From an uncultured Paraglaciecola sp. (GTDB lineage: Bacteria > Pseudomonadota > Gammaproteobacteria > Enterobacterales > Alteromonadaceae), in the NCBI RefSeq assembly GCF_963977085.1, contig NZ_CAXBNC010000001.1:414054-478053 (forward strand): 64,000 nt of DNA, written 5' to 3'. The translations under genes were made by a program, and so were the position numbers. Every line of letters starts with the position of its first letter. Within the stretch, counting starts at the first letter, position 1. Under the pieces are notes generated by a model. That model was given only the letters and a program-made list of their open reading frames with translations. It did not search any database and had not been told where the DNA came from. This document shows positions 38,075 to 49,004 of the stretch, one piece after another.

Positions 38075-40096
38075 ATGAAAATGTCAGGATCAAATAGTTT
38101 ATTAGCTATCTCAACTCCTTTAGGAGAAGGCAAGTTATTGCTACGCAAAGCAGAGATTGTTGAAGAACTTGGCAGACCTTTTAACATAGAGGTCGAACTT
38201 GTAAGTGATGATGAAGAAATATCTTTAGACGATATTCTTGGTCAAAATGTCACTATTCGTTTGGAAACTGAAAACGAGAGCCGTTTTTTCAACGGCATAG
38301 TGACAGAGTTTTTCCAAAAAGAAAATATCGGCAGAACAGCCTGTTTCGGTGCAGTAGTCAAGCCTTGGTTTTGGCTGCTGACATTAAGCGAAAATTGTCG
38401 AATTTTTCAGGAAAAAACCTATCCCGATATTATTAAAGCCGTTTTCGAAGACCTTGGTTTTTCAGACTATGAAAATCAATTAACAGGCACATATACTCCC
38501 CAAGAGTATGTAGTTCAATACAATGAAAGTGATTTCAATTTTGTATCCAGAATAATGGAACAAGAAGGCATTTATTATTATTTCACACACACCAATGGTA
38601 AGCACTCTATGGTGTTGGCCGACGACAGTTCAGTACAACCTAATGTTGGTGACATTCCTTTTTATGAAAAAGAGGAAAGTTCTAATATTATTGATGTTGA
38701 AGGAATTGTGAAATGGGAGAACTATAGGAAGATTCGTACTGGAGGGGTGAGCTTAGGAGATTTTGATTTCACTACCCCTTCTAAAAACCTCAGCTCGGTT
38801 ACTGCGGATCCCAAAACTGGCTCGTTATCTTCTTTGCAAAAGTTTAATTACCCAGGAAAATATACCGAACAATCTAAGGGAAATAACTATACAAAAATCT
38901 TAATGGAAAAAGAAAACGTTCATTATGATCAGAAATATTGTGAAGGTAATGCCAGAAACTTGTTCGCTGGTAGTCAATTTAAATTAATTGATCATCACCG
39001 AGACGATCAAAATGACACCTACTTAGTAGTGAAATTTTTATGTGTCTTAAAATCTGAGGAATATTTTGCTGATTCTTCTGGTGTAACTGAAGAGCTTTTT
39101 ACTTCGACTTTTACCGCCATTCCCGCAAAAGTTGTTTATAGACCCCAATGTCTAGCAGTCAAACCTAAAATTTCTGGCCCGCAAACTGCGATAGTAGTTG
39201 GAAAAAGTGGTGAGGAAATATGGACAGATAAATACGGTCGAATAAAAGTACTGTTTCATTGGGATCGATACGCTAAAGCAGATGAAAAAAGCTCATGCTG
39301 GATTAGGGTTTCGCAAACTTGGGCAGGTAAAAACTGGGGAGCCATCCAAATCCCCCGAATTGGACAAGAAGTATTAATTGATTTTATCCATGGTGATCCA
39401 GATAACCCTATTGTGATTGGCAGCGTCTATAACGGCAGCACTATGCCACCCTATGACTTACCTGCGAATGCCACTATGTCTGGCGTTAAGTCACGTTCCA
39501 GTAAAGGTGGCGGTGGCTTTAATGAAATTCGTCTAGAAGACAAAAAGGGCGAAGAACAGATATTTGTACACGGCGAAAAAAACCAAGATATCAATATTAA
39601 AAATGATTGTTTTGAAACAATAGGAAATGACCGGCATTTGATTGTTAAAAATGATCAAGTTGAGTTAGTTGAAAATAATCGAAGCGAAGAAGTCAAAGCC
39701 GATCACGTTGAGAAAATTGGTAAAGATAGGCATCTTGAAGTAGTAGGGAAAGAAGCGAAAAAAGTAAAAAAATCGCTTTCGTTAACTGTCACGGGAGATG
39801 TAGCAGAAGTATTCAAATCCAATCACTCAATGCAAGTGACAGATGACAGTTTCATTAAAGGCACCAATATTTGTATAGAGGCATCTGATAACATCACGTT
39901 AAAGGTCGGTGGCTCAACCATTGCAATTAGCTCTGCAGGCATAGCAATAGAAACTTCAGGTGACGTTAAAATTGATGCAGGTAAAAACTTAGATGCTGCG
40001 TCTGGTGCAAATACTAAAGTAAAAGCCGGCGCTATGGGTAACTTTGAAGCCGGAGGAGTGGCGACGATCAAAGGAAGCGTGGTTAAAGTTAATTAG
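38075..40096 (+). CDS. vgrG: T6SS spike protein VgrG without C-terminal extension
   Basis: VQYNESDFNFVSR.MEQEGI.Y.F, GPQTAIVVG..GEEIWTDKYGRIKV.FHWDR, PRIGQEV, FNEIR.EDKKG.EQ, gp5-type repeats ending GSVVKVN. Confidence 0.97.
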   Translation: MKMSGSNSLLAISTPLGEGKLLLRKAEIVEELGRPFNIEVELVSDDEEISLDDILGQNVTIRLETENESRFFNGIVTEFFQKENIGRTACFGAVVKPWFWLLTLSENCRIFQEKTYPDIIKAVFEDLGFSDYENQLTGTYTPQEYVVQYNESDFNFVSRIMEQEGIYYYFTHTNGKHSMVLADDSSVQPNVGDIPFYEKEESSNIIDVEGIVKWENYRKIRTGGVSLGDFDFTTPSKNLSSVTADPKTGSLSSLQKFNYPGKYTEQSKGNNYTKILMEKENVHYDQKYCEGNARNLFAGSQFKLIDHHRDDQNDTYLVVKFLCVLKSEEYFADSSGVTEELFTSTFTAIPAKVVYRPQCLAVKPKISGPQTAIVVGKSGEEIWTDKYGRIKVLFHWDRYAKADEKSSCWIRVSQTWAGKNWGAIQIPRIGQEVLIDFIHGDPDNPIVIGSVYNGSTMPPYDLPANATMSGVKSRSSKGGGGFNEIRLEDKKGEEQIFVHGEKNQDINIKNDCFETIGNDRHLIVKNDQVELVENNRSEEVKADHVEKIGKDRHLEVVGKEAKKVKKSLSLTVTGDVAEVFKSNHSMQVTDDSFIKGTNICIEASDNITLKVGGSTIAISSAGIAIETSGDVKIDAGKNLDAASGANTKVKAGAMGNFEAGGVATIKGSVVKVN

Positions 40097-40167
40097 AATA
40101 ATTAGCCCAAATTTGGCTATGGTGCTGTAATTAAATATTCATCTGATAATTAAAGTGGAGGATAAAC

Positions 40168-40557
40168 ATGGCTATACAGGTAAACATGGGCGCCAGTTTA
40201 ATGTGCACTATGGGAGTAGCTCCTAGCTCATTAATGGTGCTACCTCAGAATAGAACGATGGCTGAAGGTAAACCTGCAGCTAACATTATGGATAATAAAC
40301 CTTTTGTTAATATTATGCCTTTCGGAATGTGTAAGTCTCCAGCCAACCCAGCAGTTGCTGCAGCCACTGCTGCTGCGCTGGGAGTGTTGACCCCGATGCC
40401 TTGTACACCTGTGACACCAGGGCCATGGACACCAGGCTCAGCTACAGTGATGATAGCTAATTTTCCTGCCTTAAATAATTCAAGTAAGTGTATGTGCACT
40501 TTCGCGGGAGTAATCTCAATTACTAACCCTGGATGTACAAAAGTGATGGTGCCCTAA
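40168..40557 (+). CDS. DUF4280 PAAR-like spike tip protein
   Basis: GA.LMC..G..PS.L.V.P, N..PF..C.S..NP, PC.P....PW.PG, L...SKCMC..AG.I.I..PG; adjacent to vgrG. Confidence 0.9.
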   Translation: MAIQVNMGASLMCTMGVAPSSLMVLPQNRTMAEGKPAANIMDNKPFVNIMPFGMCKSPANPAVAAATAAALGVLTPMPCTPVTPGPWTPGSATVMIANFPALNNSSKCMCTFAGVISITNPGCTKVMVP

Positions 40558-40829
40558 GGTAGCGCTAGAAAGTTATTTAACGCTTTCGGAAAATACGCAT
40601 AATGATGCAAAAACTTAAAAATTTACCTAAATGATCATACTAAATTCATAATAGAGACCACTATTTATAGGAAAATTTTTAACAAGCGGAAATTAGTTTA
40701 TTTCTTGCCCGAAGTGCTTATTACCTAATTGAACTTTTATTGCTATCATCGGAAGATAACTGCGATATTAGTATGTGGATTTAACGTTATGCTTCAGTAT
40801 AAATTGACAGGAGGGATTAGGTTTTAGTT

Positions 40830-42395
40830 ATGCCATATTTGAAACTTAAAATTGTATCAGGCAGTGAAACAGGTCAGAACGATAACTATAACTTTACAGG
40901 AGTAGGCGGTTCCATTGGACGGTCTGATGATTGTGATTGGACGTTAATAGATAGCGATAGATTCGTTTCCAAAAAGCACTTAGTTATCACATTTAGAAAT
41001 CAACAGTTTGTATTAACGGATGTCAGTAGCAATGGTGTGATTATTAATAGTGCTGGCACACCATTGGGTCACGGCAATGAGCATATGCTTCAGGCTTCGG
41101 ATACACTTGTAATTGGAAAACACGTTGTTAAGGTTGAAGAAATTAACCTAGATGACGTTGGGGTTAACCCTTTTCAAACGCAAACAAATAATGGGGATTT
41201 ATTGGGTTTAGTCATGGACTCAAATGCAGCTACAGCACCAAAACAAGAGCCGGCCCAAGACCCATTTCAAGGGCAACAATCTCCATTCCAAATGCCTGAA
41301 AGTACTCCAGTACCAGACATACTCGATACGCCAAAACCAGAAAGTGATCTAGGCTTAGGAGATATTTTATCGGCACCAATTAATTCCCCCTCTGAAAACC
41401 AGTTTTCGAATGTTAATGAGCAATCCAACCCATTTAATACAAGTGAACCCTCATCTCCTTTTGATGTGATTTCTGAAAACAATGCCATTACTCCTAACAT
41501 TAAATCCGATGATGCGCTTATACCAGATGATTGGGAGATGTTTGATTCAATGTCTTCCGTTAGTGATTTTGAAACACCCATTAAATCCGAGGATCCAGTT
41601 CCGCCAATTGTGAATGAAGTAAGCCCGGAAACTAATGTACAGGTGCAACCTGATCTGCCTCAGAGTGCACCTGAGCCTATACCTGAATACAATTCACCAA
41701 TCTTTGAAGAAAAGCCTATTGTCAGGGCAATGCCTCAAGAAACTAGCCCACCCACTCCTGATAATGTAAAGCAAAGTGTGAGTGCCGAGGCCAATTCTAA
41801 AAATACTAACGATGATTTTTTTAGCTCCTTGTATGAAAAACTAGGGCTATCAAAAGAATTTAAGGCATCCATTGATCAAGACACTTTTGCCGAAGATATC
41901 GCGACCATCTTGTTATCAACAACCCAAGGACTCATGTCGCTATTAGCGAGTAGAACGGCCTTTAAACAAGAATCGCGGATGTCAGCAACACTTATACAGC
42001 CCAAATCTAATAACCCGATAAAATTTTCAATTGATCCCGTTGATACCCTAGAAATGCTATTGGTTAAGAAAAAAAAGGGGTACATGTCTGTAGGGAACTC
42101 TTATGATGAAGCCATGCAGGATATTCAATTACACCAAATGGCATTTATGTCAGGTTTACAAGGCACCTTAGATGGAGTGCTAGCGCAACTGGCCCCAGAG
42201 GGCATTGAAGCTCAAGTGAATAACAAATCCCAAATGTTTAAAGGATTAAACTCTAATTCACAGTGCTGGAAAATTTATAAAGAAAAACATCCTTTGCTTG
42301 CAAAGAGTGTAAAAGAGAATCTTAATGAGGTACTCGGTACTTATTTCTCAGATTCATATCAATCACATATTAATCGTTATAAGACTGACAAATAA
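40830..42395 (+). CDS. tagH: T6SS FHA-domain protein TagH
   Basis: N-terminal FHA (IGRS..CDW.L.D..RFVSK.H, DVSSNG); Pro/acidic linker; C-terminal SR..FK.E.R...T.I....NNPIKFS and HQMA...G. Confidence 0.92.
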   Translation: MPYLKLKIVSGSETGQNDNYNFTGVGGSIGRSDDCDWTLIDSDRFVSKKHLVITFRNQQFVLTDVSSNGVIINSAGTPLGHGNEHMLQASDTLVIGKHVVKVEEINLDDVGVNPFQTQTNNGDLLGLVMDSNAATAPKQEPAQDPFQGQQSPFQMPESTPVPDILDTPKPESDLGLGDILSAPINSPSENQFSNVNEQSNPFNTSEPSSPFDVISENNAITPNIKSDDALIPDDWEMFDSMSSVSDFETPIKSEDPVPPIVNEVSPETNVQVQPDLPQSAPEPIPEYNSPIFEEKPIVRAMPQETSPPTPDNVKQSVSAEANSKNTNDDFFSSLYEKLGLSKEFKASIDQDTFAEDIATILLSTTQGLMSLLASRTAFKQESRMSATLIQPKSNNPIKFSIDPVDTLEMLLVKKKKGYMSVGNSYDEAMQDIQLHQMAFMSGLQGTLDGVLAQLAPEGIEAQVNNKSQMFKGLNSNSQCWKIYKEKHPLLAKSVKENLNEVLGTYFSDSYQSHINRYKTDK

Positions 42396-42406
42396 AAGGA
42401 AAAAAC

Positions 42407-42877
42407 ATGTTAAGGCACATATCAAAAATCGGTATCATATTTTTATGTTTGCAACTTCTAGCCTGTTCAAATACTACTGAAAACACAGTGGACTTTAACT
42501 ATTACATTACCGCTTCTAAGGATATCAACCCTGACATAGCAGGCCGTCCATCGTCTGTTATTGTGCGGATATATCAGTTAACCAATAGAATCAATTTTGA
42601 AAACGCTAGCTACGATGCACTTTTTGAAAGTAACCATAATGCCCTTGGAACAGAATACATCACTTTAAATGAGTATTTAATTGATCCCGGCAGTAAAAAA
42701 GAAGTCGAATTAAAAATTTCTGAAAATGCTAAATATATTGGTGTAGTGGTGGGTTATCGCAGTACCGACATGGTGACGTGGCGGACTATTAAAGAAGTGC
42801 CAGAGGGCAGTTTCTGGAGAAACTCTGGAATCGAATTTAAAATCGAGAAATTATCTGTTCGAGTAGTTGAAATTTAA
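42407..42877 (+). CDS. tssJ: T6SS outer membrane lipoprotein TssJ
   Basis: Lipobox LLAC; A..DINPD..GRPS.V.VRIYQL. Confidence 0.93.
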   Translation: MLRHISKIGIIFLCLQLLACSNTTENTVDFNYYITASKDINPDIAGRPSSVIVRIYQLTNRINFENASYDALFESNHNALGTEYITLNEYLIDPGSKKEVELKISENAKYIGVVVGYRSTDMVTWRTIKEVPEGSFWRNSGIEFKIEKLSVRVVEI

Positions 42878-42913
42878 ATATTAATATAAAAAATAAATAA
42901 AGGATCCGTTTAT

Positions 42914-44245
42914 ATGGCATGGGAAAAGAAGGTAATTTGGTCAGAAGGGATGATGCTTCAACCCCATCATTTTCAGCAACAATCCAGATATCATGAATCT
43001 CAGTTAAGATATAACATTTCTTTATGCCGACCCCATTTTTGGGGGATATCCTCTATTGAAATTGATAAAACACATTTAAAAAATGGTAAGTTTTGTATCA
43101 ATTCAGCAGAAGGTATTTTACCAGACGGCAGTTATTTTAATTTTCCGAGTATCGATAGCTTGCCTATGGCTATCGATATCAATGAAGATTTTTTGAATTC
43201 AACTATCTATCTAGCGGTTCCAATTAGGCGTAACGGTAATACAGAAACATCCCGTGACAGCGTAATTCATAGCCGATACTCAATAGCCGAACATGAAGCA
43301 AGAGATATATCTGGTATATCTTCAACGCAACAAATCGTCGAAGTATCTGGGCTGAGTTTTTGTTTACGTACTGATAAAGATGACAATAATGAGTTTAGTT
43401 GTATCCCCATCGCCTTTATAGAAGATGTAAGCACTAGTAATAACGTTAGCTTACAACCCAGTTTTATTGCTCCTAGTGTCAATATTAAGTGCAATTCTTA
43501 CATCTCTAGTTTTATAAGTGAATTGGTAAAACTGGTTAAACATCGTATTAGTGCACTTGCGTCACGTGTATCAGTAGCAGGAAAAGCGACAACGACTGAA
43601 GTAACCGACTTTTTGATGTTGCAGACGCTTAATCGACACTCACCTATCTTAATAAATTTAGATCAAGCAGAAGCCTTAGCCCCTTACGAATTGTATGAGA
43701 AGTTTATTGGCCTCATTGGGGATATGAGCACATTTATTAAAGCCGATAAAGTCACTCCTGACTTGCCAAGCTATCAGCACAGCAACCTAACACAGGTATT
43801 TAGCACCTTAATTGAAGAGCTAAGACAAGTCTTCAGCGTTGTGCTAGAGCAAAATTCGATCAACATTCCTTTACAAGAAAAGCAATATGGAATCAGTGTT
43901 GGTGTGATTGCAGACAAAACATTATTTTCTTCTGCCTCCTTTATACTTGCGGTCACCTCAGACCTTTCAACTGAAGAGCTTCGAAAATATTTTCAAGCGC
44001 AAATTAAAATTGGGGCAATTGAACAAATCAAAGAACTGGTCAATGTGCAATTACCTGGTATTCAGCTTAATAACTTAGCAGTAGCACCACGAGAAATTCC
44101 TTATCAACGTAATTTTATTTATTATGAATTGATTCAGAATGGAGAATATTGGACCGCCTTAACAGAGTCTGGTGGCATCGCATTACATGTAGGGACCAAG
44201 TTTCCAAATTTGAAAATTGAACTTTGGGCCATCAGGAGCAAATAA
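42914..44245 (+). CDS. tssK: T6SS baseplate subunit TssK
   Basis: KVIWSEGM.L.PHHFQQQ, DFLMLQ.LNR, LPGI.L..L.VAPR.IP, ELWAIR. Confidence 0.96.
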   Translation: MAWEKKVIWSEGMMLQPHHFQQQSRYHESQLRYNISLCRPHFWGISSIEIDKTHLKNGKFCINSAEGILPDGSYFNFPSIDSLPMAIDINEDFLNSTIYLAVPIRRNGNTETSRDSVIHSRYSIAEHEARDISGISSTQQIVEVSGLSFCLRTDKDDNNEFSCIPIAFIEDVSTSNNVSLQPSFIAPSVNIKCNSYISSFISELVKLVKHRISALASRVSVAGKATTTEVTDFLMLQTLNRHSPILINLDQAEALAPYELYEKFIGLIGDMSTFIKADKVTPDLPSYQHSNLTQVFSTLIEELRQVFSVVLEQNSINIPLQEKQYGISVGVIADKTLFSSASFILAVTSDLSTEELRKYFQAQIKIGAIEQIKELVNVQLPGIQLNNLAVAPREIPYQRNFIYYELIQNGEYWTALTESGGIALHVGTKFPNLKIELWAIRSK

Positions 44246-44247
44246 AA

Positions 44248-45558
44248 ATGCAAGACGAAGATAGGACTATGATTATTCCGAATCCAGGTGGACGACGGAA
44301 ATCAGGAAACACACAAACGTTCCGACCTTCTCCATCAGAGCCGACTCCGCCCAGTAGTCAGACAGTTCAAGTGAATTTAAATGCCTCTGCACAATTTGAT
44401 GGGGAAAATATAATTCTGTCTTCGGCAAGTGACTTGATAATTTTGGCAAGTCATATTCGCTCCTTGGAGCCGAGCAATAGTATTGAACAACTACGCAGAG
44501 ATATCGAAACTTTAATTACCAAATTTGACCAACAACTTAATCAATTTAATTTGAGCACAGAAGTAGCACTTACCGCGCGTTATCTCATATGTTGTTTACT
44601 TGATGAATTGGTACTCTCGACGCCTTGGGGATCAGATAGTGCTTGGAGTAATCAAACCTTACTCAGTAAGTATCACAATGAAACATCCGGTGGAGAGAAG
44701 TTTTTTCTCATCGTAAATAAACTATTGGAACAGCCGCAGCGCAACATTGATTTAATCGAGTTATGTTACGTCTGCTTATCATCAGGATTTTGTGGGAAAT
44801 ATCGACTTTCAAAACAAGGCGAATCTGAATTACTGGAAATAAGCCAGAGATTATATCGACCAATAGAACAGACTCGCCCTATTAGCCGTGATTTGTCTCC
44901 TAGTTGGCAAGGAGTAGGCGATTTAAAAACAGGTTTTGTTAAGGGGTTCCCACTTCCAGTATTTTTCCTAATTCTTGGGTTCATTTTAATCGCTGTGTAT
45001 ATTGCGTTTTTATCCAGTTTAAAAGCAAAAGTAGAACCTCTATACCAAAAAATAGAATCCATTGGCTGGGAGCAACCGATAACTCAACCAGTCAACATAC
45101 AGCCGAATCCTATTGATATAAATAAAGTTGCCAATTCACTGAAGCAAGCATTGAGCGTCTACATCGACAACAAAATAGTGTCCGTTGATGTAAGGAATGA
45201 TCAAATTTTTATACGCTTTATTAGTACAAGTTTATTTAAGTCAGGCAGTAGCGTAATTAATGAAAGTTCACTGCCAGATGTCAATGTATTGGTGAATGCC
45301 ATTAAAAATTATGCGGATCGAGTATTGGTCGTTGGACATACCGACTCCACAGGTAAGCCAGATTCAAATTGGGTTATATCCCGTAAAAGAGCAGAAGCCA
45401 TTGCTAAATGGTTAACAACAAGTAACCAACAATTGTTTAATACCATGACGAGAGGGGTTGCTGATACACAACCATTAGTAAGCGACGATAGCGATTACAA
45501 TCGAAGCATTAACCGCCGTGTTGAACTGACTCTGATTTTGAAGGATGAACTCATATAA
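44248..45558 (+). CDS. tssL: T6SS TssL (DotU) with C-terminal OmpA/MotB peptidoglycan-binding domain
   Basis: Start ATG 44248 (AGGAG RBS); RY..C..LDE.V..TPWG, H.ET.GGEKFF, one TM, GHTD...N..IS..RA and NRRVE. Confidence 0.94.
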   Translation: MQDEDRTMIIPNPGGRRKSGNTQTFRPSPSEPTPPSSQTVQVNLNASAQFDGENIILSSASDLIILASHIRSLEPSNSIEQLRRDIETLITKFDQQLNQFNLSTEVALTARYLICCLLDELVLSTPWGSDSAWSNQTLLSKYHNETSGGEKFFLIVNKLLEQPQRNIDLIELCYVCLSSGFCGKYRLSKQGESELLEISQRLYRPIEQTRPISRDLSPSWQGVGDLKTGFVKGFPLPVFFLILGFILIAVYIAFLSSLKAKVEPLYQKIESIGWEQPITQPVNIQPNPIDINKVANSLKQALSVYIDNKIVSVDVRNDQIFIRFISTSLFKSGSSVINESSLPDVNVLVNAIKNYADRVLVVGHTDSTGKPDSNWVISRKRAEAIAKWLTTSNQQLFNTMTRGVADTQPLVSDDSDYNRSINRRVELTLILKDELI

Positions 45559-48500
45559 TGGAAAAAATTAAAGCAATCACTTCTAGTAGATGGTTTATTC
45601 CAATCGTCTTCTTTCTACTTTTTTCGTTATTTATTTTATTTGCTGGGCCTTACTTTGCTTTTGCAGAAATCTACCCGTTAGCAGCGTTAAGCACGCGAAT
45701 TATCGTTATTCTTGTAGTGTTGTTTATTTATTTAATTGTGCAATTTATTAAATATCACCAACAAATGAAGAAACAACAAAATTTAGTGAAAGACATCACC
45801 GAAGAAGATGGACTTAACGATGTTATTAACTCTGAATCTGCAGAATTAAAAAGTAAATTTGATGAAGCTTTCAAGTTATTAAAAAACAAAAAGGGGGGGC
45901 AAAACACCCTTACTGATATTCCTTGGTATATGATAATTGGTTCTCCAGGAAGCGGAAAAACCACTTTATTATCTAATTCTGGTTTACAGTTTCCATTATT
46001 TAATGAGCTTGGAAACCAAGCGGTGCAAGGCGTTGGGGGGACTAAAAACTGTGACTGGTGGATCACCCAAGATGCCGTATTGTTGGACACGGCTGGCCGC
46101 TATAGTTCACAAGATAGTCATCAAAAAGCAGATCAGACAGGTTGGAATAACTTTTTAGGTTTAATTAAAAAATATCGTCGTAAGCCAATCAGTGGTTTAT
46201 TGGTCAGTTTTAGTATGTCTGACTTGATGAGTATGAATGAATATGAAATGAGTCAACATATCTTGCAAATGAAAAAACGCATTGCAGAAGTGAATGACTT
46301 TTTTAAGACCAGATTTCCTGTTTATATCATTATTACAAAGTCAGATATGCTTGCTGGCTTTAGTCAATTTTATGAGACGTTTTCACACAAAGAGAGAGAA
46401 CAGACGTTTGGTATTACATTCTCAAAAGAGGATAGTATCCAAGGCGATATATTAACGCATTTTTCCGAAGAGTATAGACAACTAACCCAGTCTGTAACCA
46501 GACGTCAGTGGCAGCGAATCTCGTTAGAAAGGGATCCCAACCGTAAGTCACTTATTTATAGTTTTAGTGATCAATTTTCTTCTTTAAAACCCACACTAGA
46601 CAACATAGTCGGCAATTTGGCTAAACTTGATGATAGATTAACAACAGGGATAGTTAGAGGCATTTACTTTACCAGCGGAACACAAAGTGGTGCGCCAATT
46701 GACCGCATTATAGCGAAAGTATCATCAGCCTTTGGATTAAAAAACAAAGCAAAAGCCTTATGGAATAATGATCAGCGAAGCTATTTTATTAAGGAGTTAT
46801 TGCAACAGGTTATCTTCCCAGAGTCTGATCAATTTGGTGTGTTAGTTGGCCATGATAAACGTAAAAGTTTGATTAAACGTATCACTATGGCCACGGCTGG
46901 AGTAGTGACCTTATTGCTTGTTATAGGCTTCTTTATTAGCTTTGGTAACAATTCACGTTATATTGAGTCAAGTGAATTATCTGTAGATAACTGGAGTAAA
47001 CAGTATGAGACTTCAGTTTCTAGTGGCGCTGATTTAAGAACCTATATACCCGCCCTAAATGACTTTTCCGATAACATTGCTGCCTTTGTTGAAAAAAGTG
47101 AAACTGAGTTTTCAGGCTTAGGCCTATCTCAATCGAGTTCATTAGAAAATGCTCTCACGGCTAGCTATAACAGGCTATTGTCATCAGTTCTGATGCCTTA
47201 TGTAAAAAAACAGGTTGAGCTTCAGCTAAGAAATAGTGACGATATAAGCGAAAAGTACCAGGCCCTAAAAGCTTATCTTATGCTTGCAAATGCGGATAAA
47301 AGAGACCGTGTTTTTCTAGTCTATTGGTTACACAAAAACCTTAATAATCAGGCATTTTTCACTAATACTGAATACGTACAGGTGAGTGCCCATGTTAATA
47401 ATCTCGTAAAAAATGATATGTCACTGGCGAGTGTAGATAATTCATTAGTAGATGATTCGAGACGAATCTTACAATCACAATCCGTATCCGATATTTATTA
47501 CGAACAGTTTAAAATAGCCTACATGAACAAGTCGGAAAATATGTTATCAATGGCGCAATTAGCCGGATCAGACTGGCGTACATTGTTAACAACATCAAAA
47601 GACGATATTCAAACGGTTCCTCACTTTTTTACACCAGAAATTTTCTCACAGGTATTAAGTAGTGAAATTAAAGACTATTTAGATCAACTCGAAACAGAAA
47701 CCTGGATTTTAGGTGAAGGTAATGTCATTAACAAAGGTGCATTAACCACACAGCTCGAAAAATCCTATGCAAGAGACTATGTCAATACTTGGAAAGACTT
47801 GTTGCAGTCCGTATCTGTCAAACAAACTTCAAATATGGCTGCGTTAGATTCAGCATTGAAACTGGCTGGCGGACTAAACTCCCCGTTGTTTCAATTACTT
47901 GAATCTGTATCTCAGGCAACAAAACTCGTAGAAATAAGCTCTGAATCAAAGTTAGCAAATTTATCTGCAGCGGCCGACAGAGCTATGAGTAAAGCCAACA
48001 GATTAAACAGTTTACGTAGTACTGATACCCCAGAATATTTAATTACCTCACAGTTTAGCCAATTGCATGAACTCTTAGACAAAGAACAAAAAGCAATAGT
48101 GCTACAAAAAATGACAACCATAGTTTCCGATATTTCAGTTTCCTTAAACTTTGATTTAAGAAATGAGGACGTGAGTGTTAACGACAACGTTCTAAAACCT
48201 TTGCAAGCCTTTGCTTATAGCCAACCAGCACCATTGAATCGGTGGGGCGAGGAATTGGCAACCAATATAAAGGCAATGCGTGACCAAACCCAAAGACTCA
48301 AAATTGCTAAGCTTTGGCAACAAAGTGTTTTAAACAAGTGTACTGATACGATTAAATTTAAATACCCCTTTGAACGCTCAGCTAAAACAGATGCGGGTCT
48401 AAGAGATTTATCTCAATTGTTTGGGTCATCAGGCAGTATTTATCAGTTTTTCACTAAACACATACAACCTTTAATCAGAAGTAATTCCTATCCCTATCAA

Positions 48501-48995
48501 TGGAAAGAAAACGTTGCAAGAACCTATGGTTTTAGCGACGATGTTTTGCCCTTTTTTGAAAACATAAACAAAATACGCGATAGTTTATTTGTTAATGATA
48601 GTGATAATCCTCAACTGACTTTGGCCTTTAAACCTATTTACTTAGATTCTCGATTATCGAAATTCAAAATGTCGATACATGGTCAAACTATGAGTTATCA
48701 ATTTGGTCGTCCTTCGAGCACAAATATTGTATGGCCACCACAGGACTTTGGGTCAAGTAGTCAGTTTGCCTTTGAGCGTCGTGATGGTAGTGATGTAGGT
48801 GAAAGCAAGAGTGGTTTATTCGCGCTATTTAAGCTGATAGATGAAGCTAAGCGTAAAAGGGTAAATGAAAATAAGATAGAAGTGACATTTACGAAAAATG
48901 AATATGAAGCAATATATGAAATTACTGGCAATGGCAGAATGAACCCTTTGATCATATCTCAGTTGTCTAACTTCAAATGCATCAATGAATTTTAG
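45558..48995 (+). CDS. tssM: T6SS membrane complex subunit TssM (IcmF)
   Basis: N-terminal TMs; PWY.IIG.PGSGKTT Walker A; NCDWW, DTAGRY, RGIYFTSGTQ, YPF. Confidence 0.96.
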   Translation: MEKIKAITSSRWFIPIVFFLLFSLFILFAGPYFAFAEIYPLAALSTRIIVILVVLFIYLIVQFIKYHQQMKKQQNLVKDITEEDGLNDVINSESAELKSKFDEAFKLLKNKKGGQNTLTDIPWYMIIGSPGSGKTTLLSNSGLQFPLFNELGNQAVQGVGGTKNCDWWITQDAVLLDTAGRYSSQDSHQKADQTGWNNFLGLIKKYRRKPISGLLVSFSMSDLMSMNEYEMSQHILQMKKRIAEVNDFFKTRFPVYIIITKSDMLAGFSQFYETFSHKEREQTFGITFSKEDSIQGDILTHFSEEYRQLTQSVTRRQWQRISLERDPNRKSLIYSFSDQFSSLKPTLDNIVGNLAKLDDRLTTGIVRGIYFTSGTQSGAPIDRIIAKVSSAFGLKNKAKALWNNDQRSYFIKELLQQVIFPESDQFGVLVGHDKRKSLIKRITMATAGVVTLLLVIGFFISFGNNSRYIESSELSVDNWSKQYETSVSSGADLRTYIPALNDFSDNIAAFVEKSETEFSGLGLSQSSSLENALTASYNRLLSSVLMPYVKKQVELQLRNSDDISEKYQALKAYLMLANADKRDRVFLVYWLHKNLNNQAFFTNTEYVQVSAHVNNLVKNDMSLASVDNSLVDDSRRILQSQSVSDIYYEQFKIAYMNKSENMLSMAQLAGSDWRTLLTTSKDDIQTVPHFFTPEIFSQVLSSEIKDYLDQLETETWILGEGNVINKGALTTQLEKSYARDYVNTWKDLLQSVSVKQTSNMAALDSALKLAGGLNSPLFQLLESVSQATKLVEISSESKLANLSAAADRAMSKANRLNSLRSTDTPEYLITSQFSQLHELLDKEQKAIVLQKMTTIVSDISVSLNFDLRNEDVSVNDNVLKPLQAFAYSQPAPLNRWGEELATNIKAMRDQTQRLKIAKLWQQSVLNKCTDTIKFKYPFERSAKTDAGLRDLSQLFGSSGSIYQFFTKHIQPLIRSNSYPYQWKENVARTYGFSDDVLPFFENINKIRDSLFVNDSDNPQLTLAFKPIYLDSRLSKFKMSIHGQTMSYQFGRPSSTNIVWPPQDFGSSSQFAFERRDGSDVGESKSGLFALFKLIDEAKRKRVNENKIEVTFTKNEYEAIYEITGNGRMNPLIISQLSNFKCINEF

Positions 48996-49004
48996 TGATA
49001 TATA

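Noticed and set aside
45893-45899. G7 tract in tssM (also G6 in the effector and A8 in tagH) as phase-variation switches
   Set aside because: The tracts are short and in frame, and there is no evidence of slippage from a single sequence.
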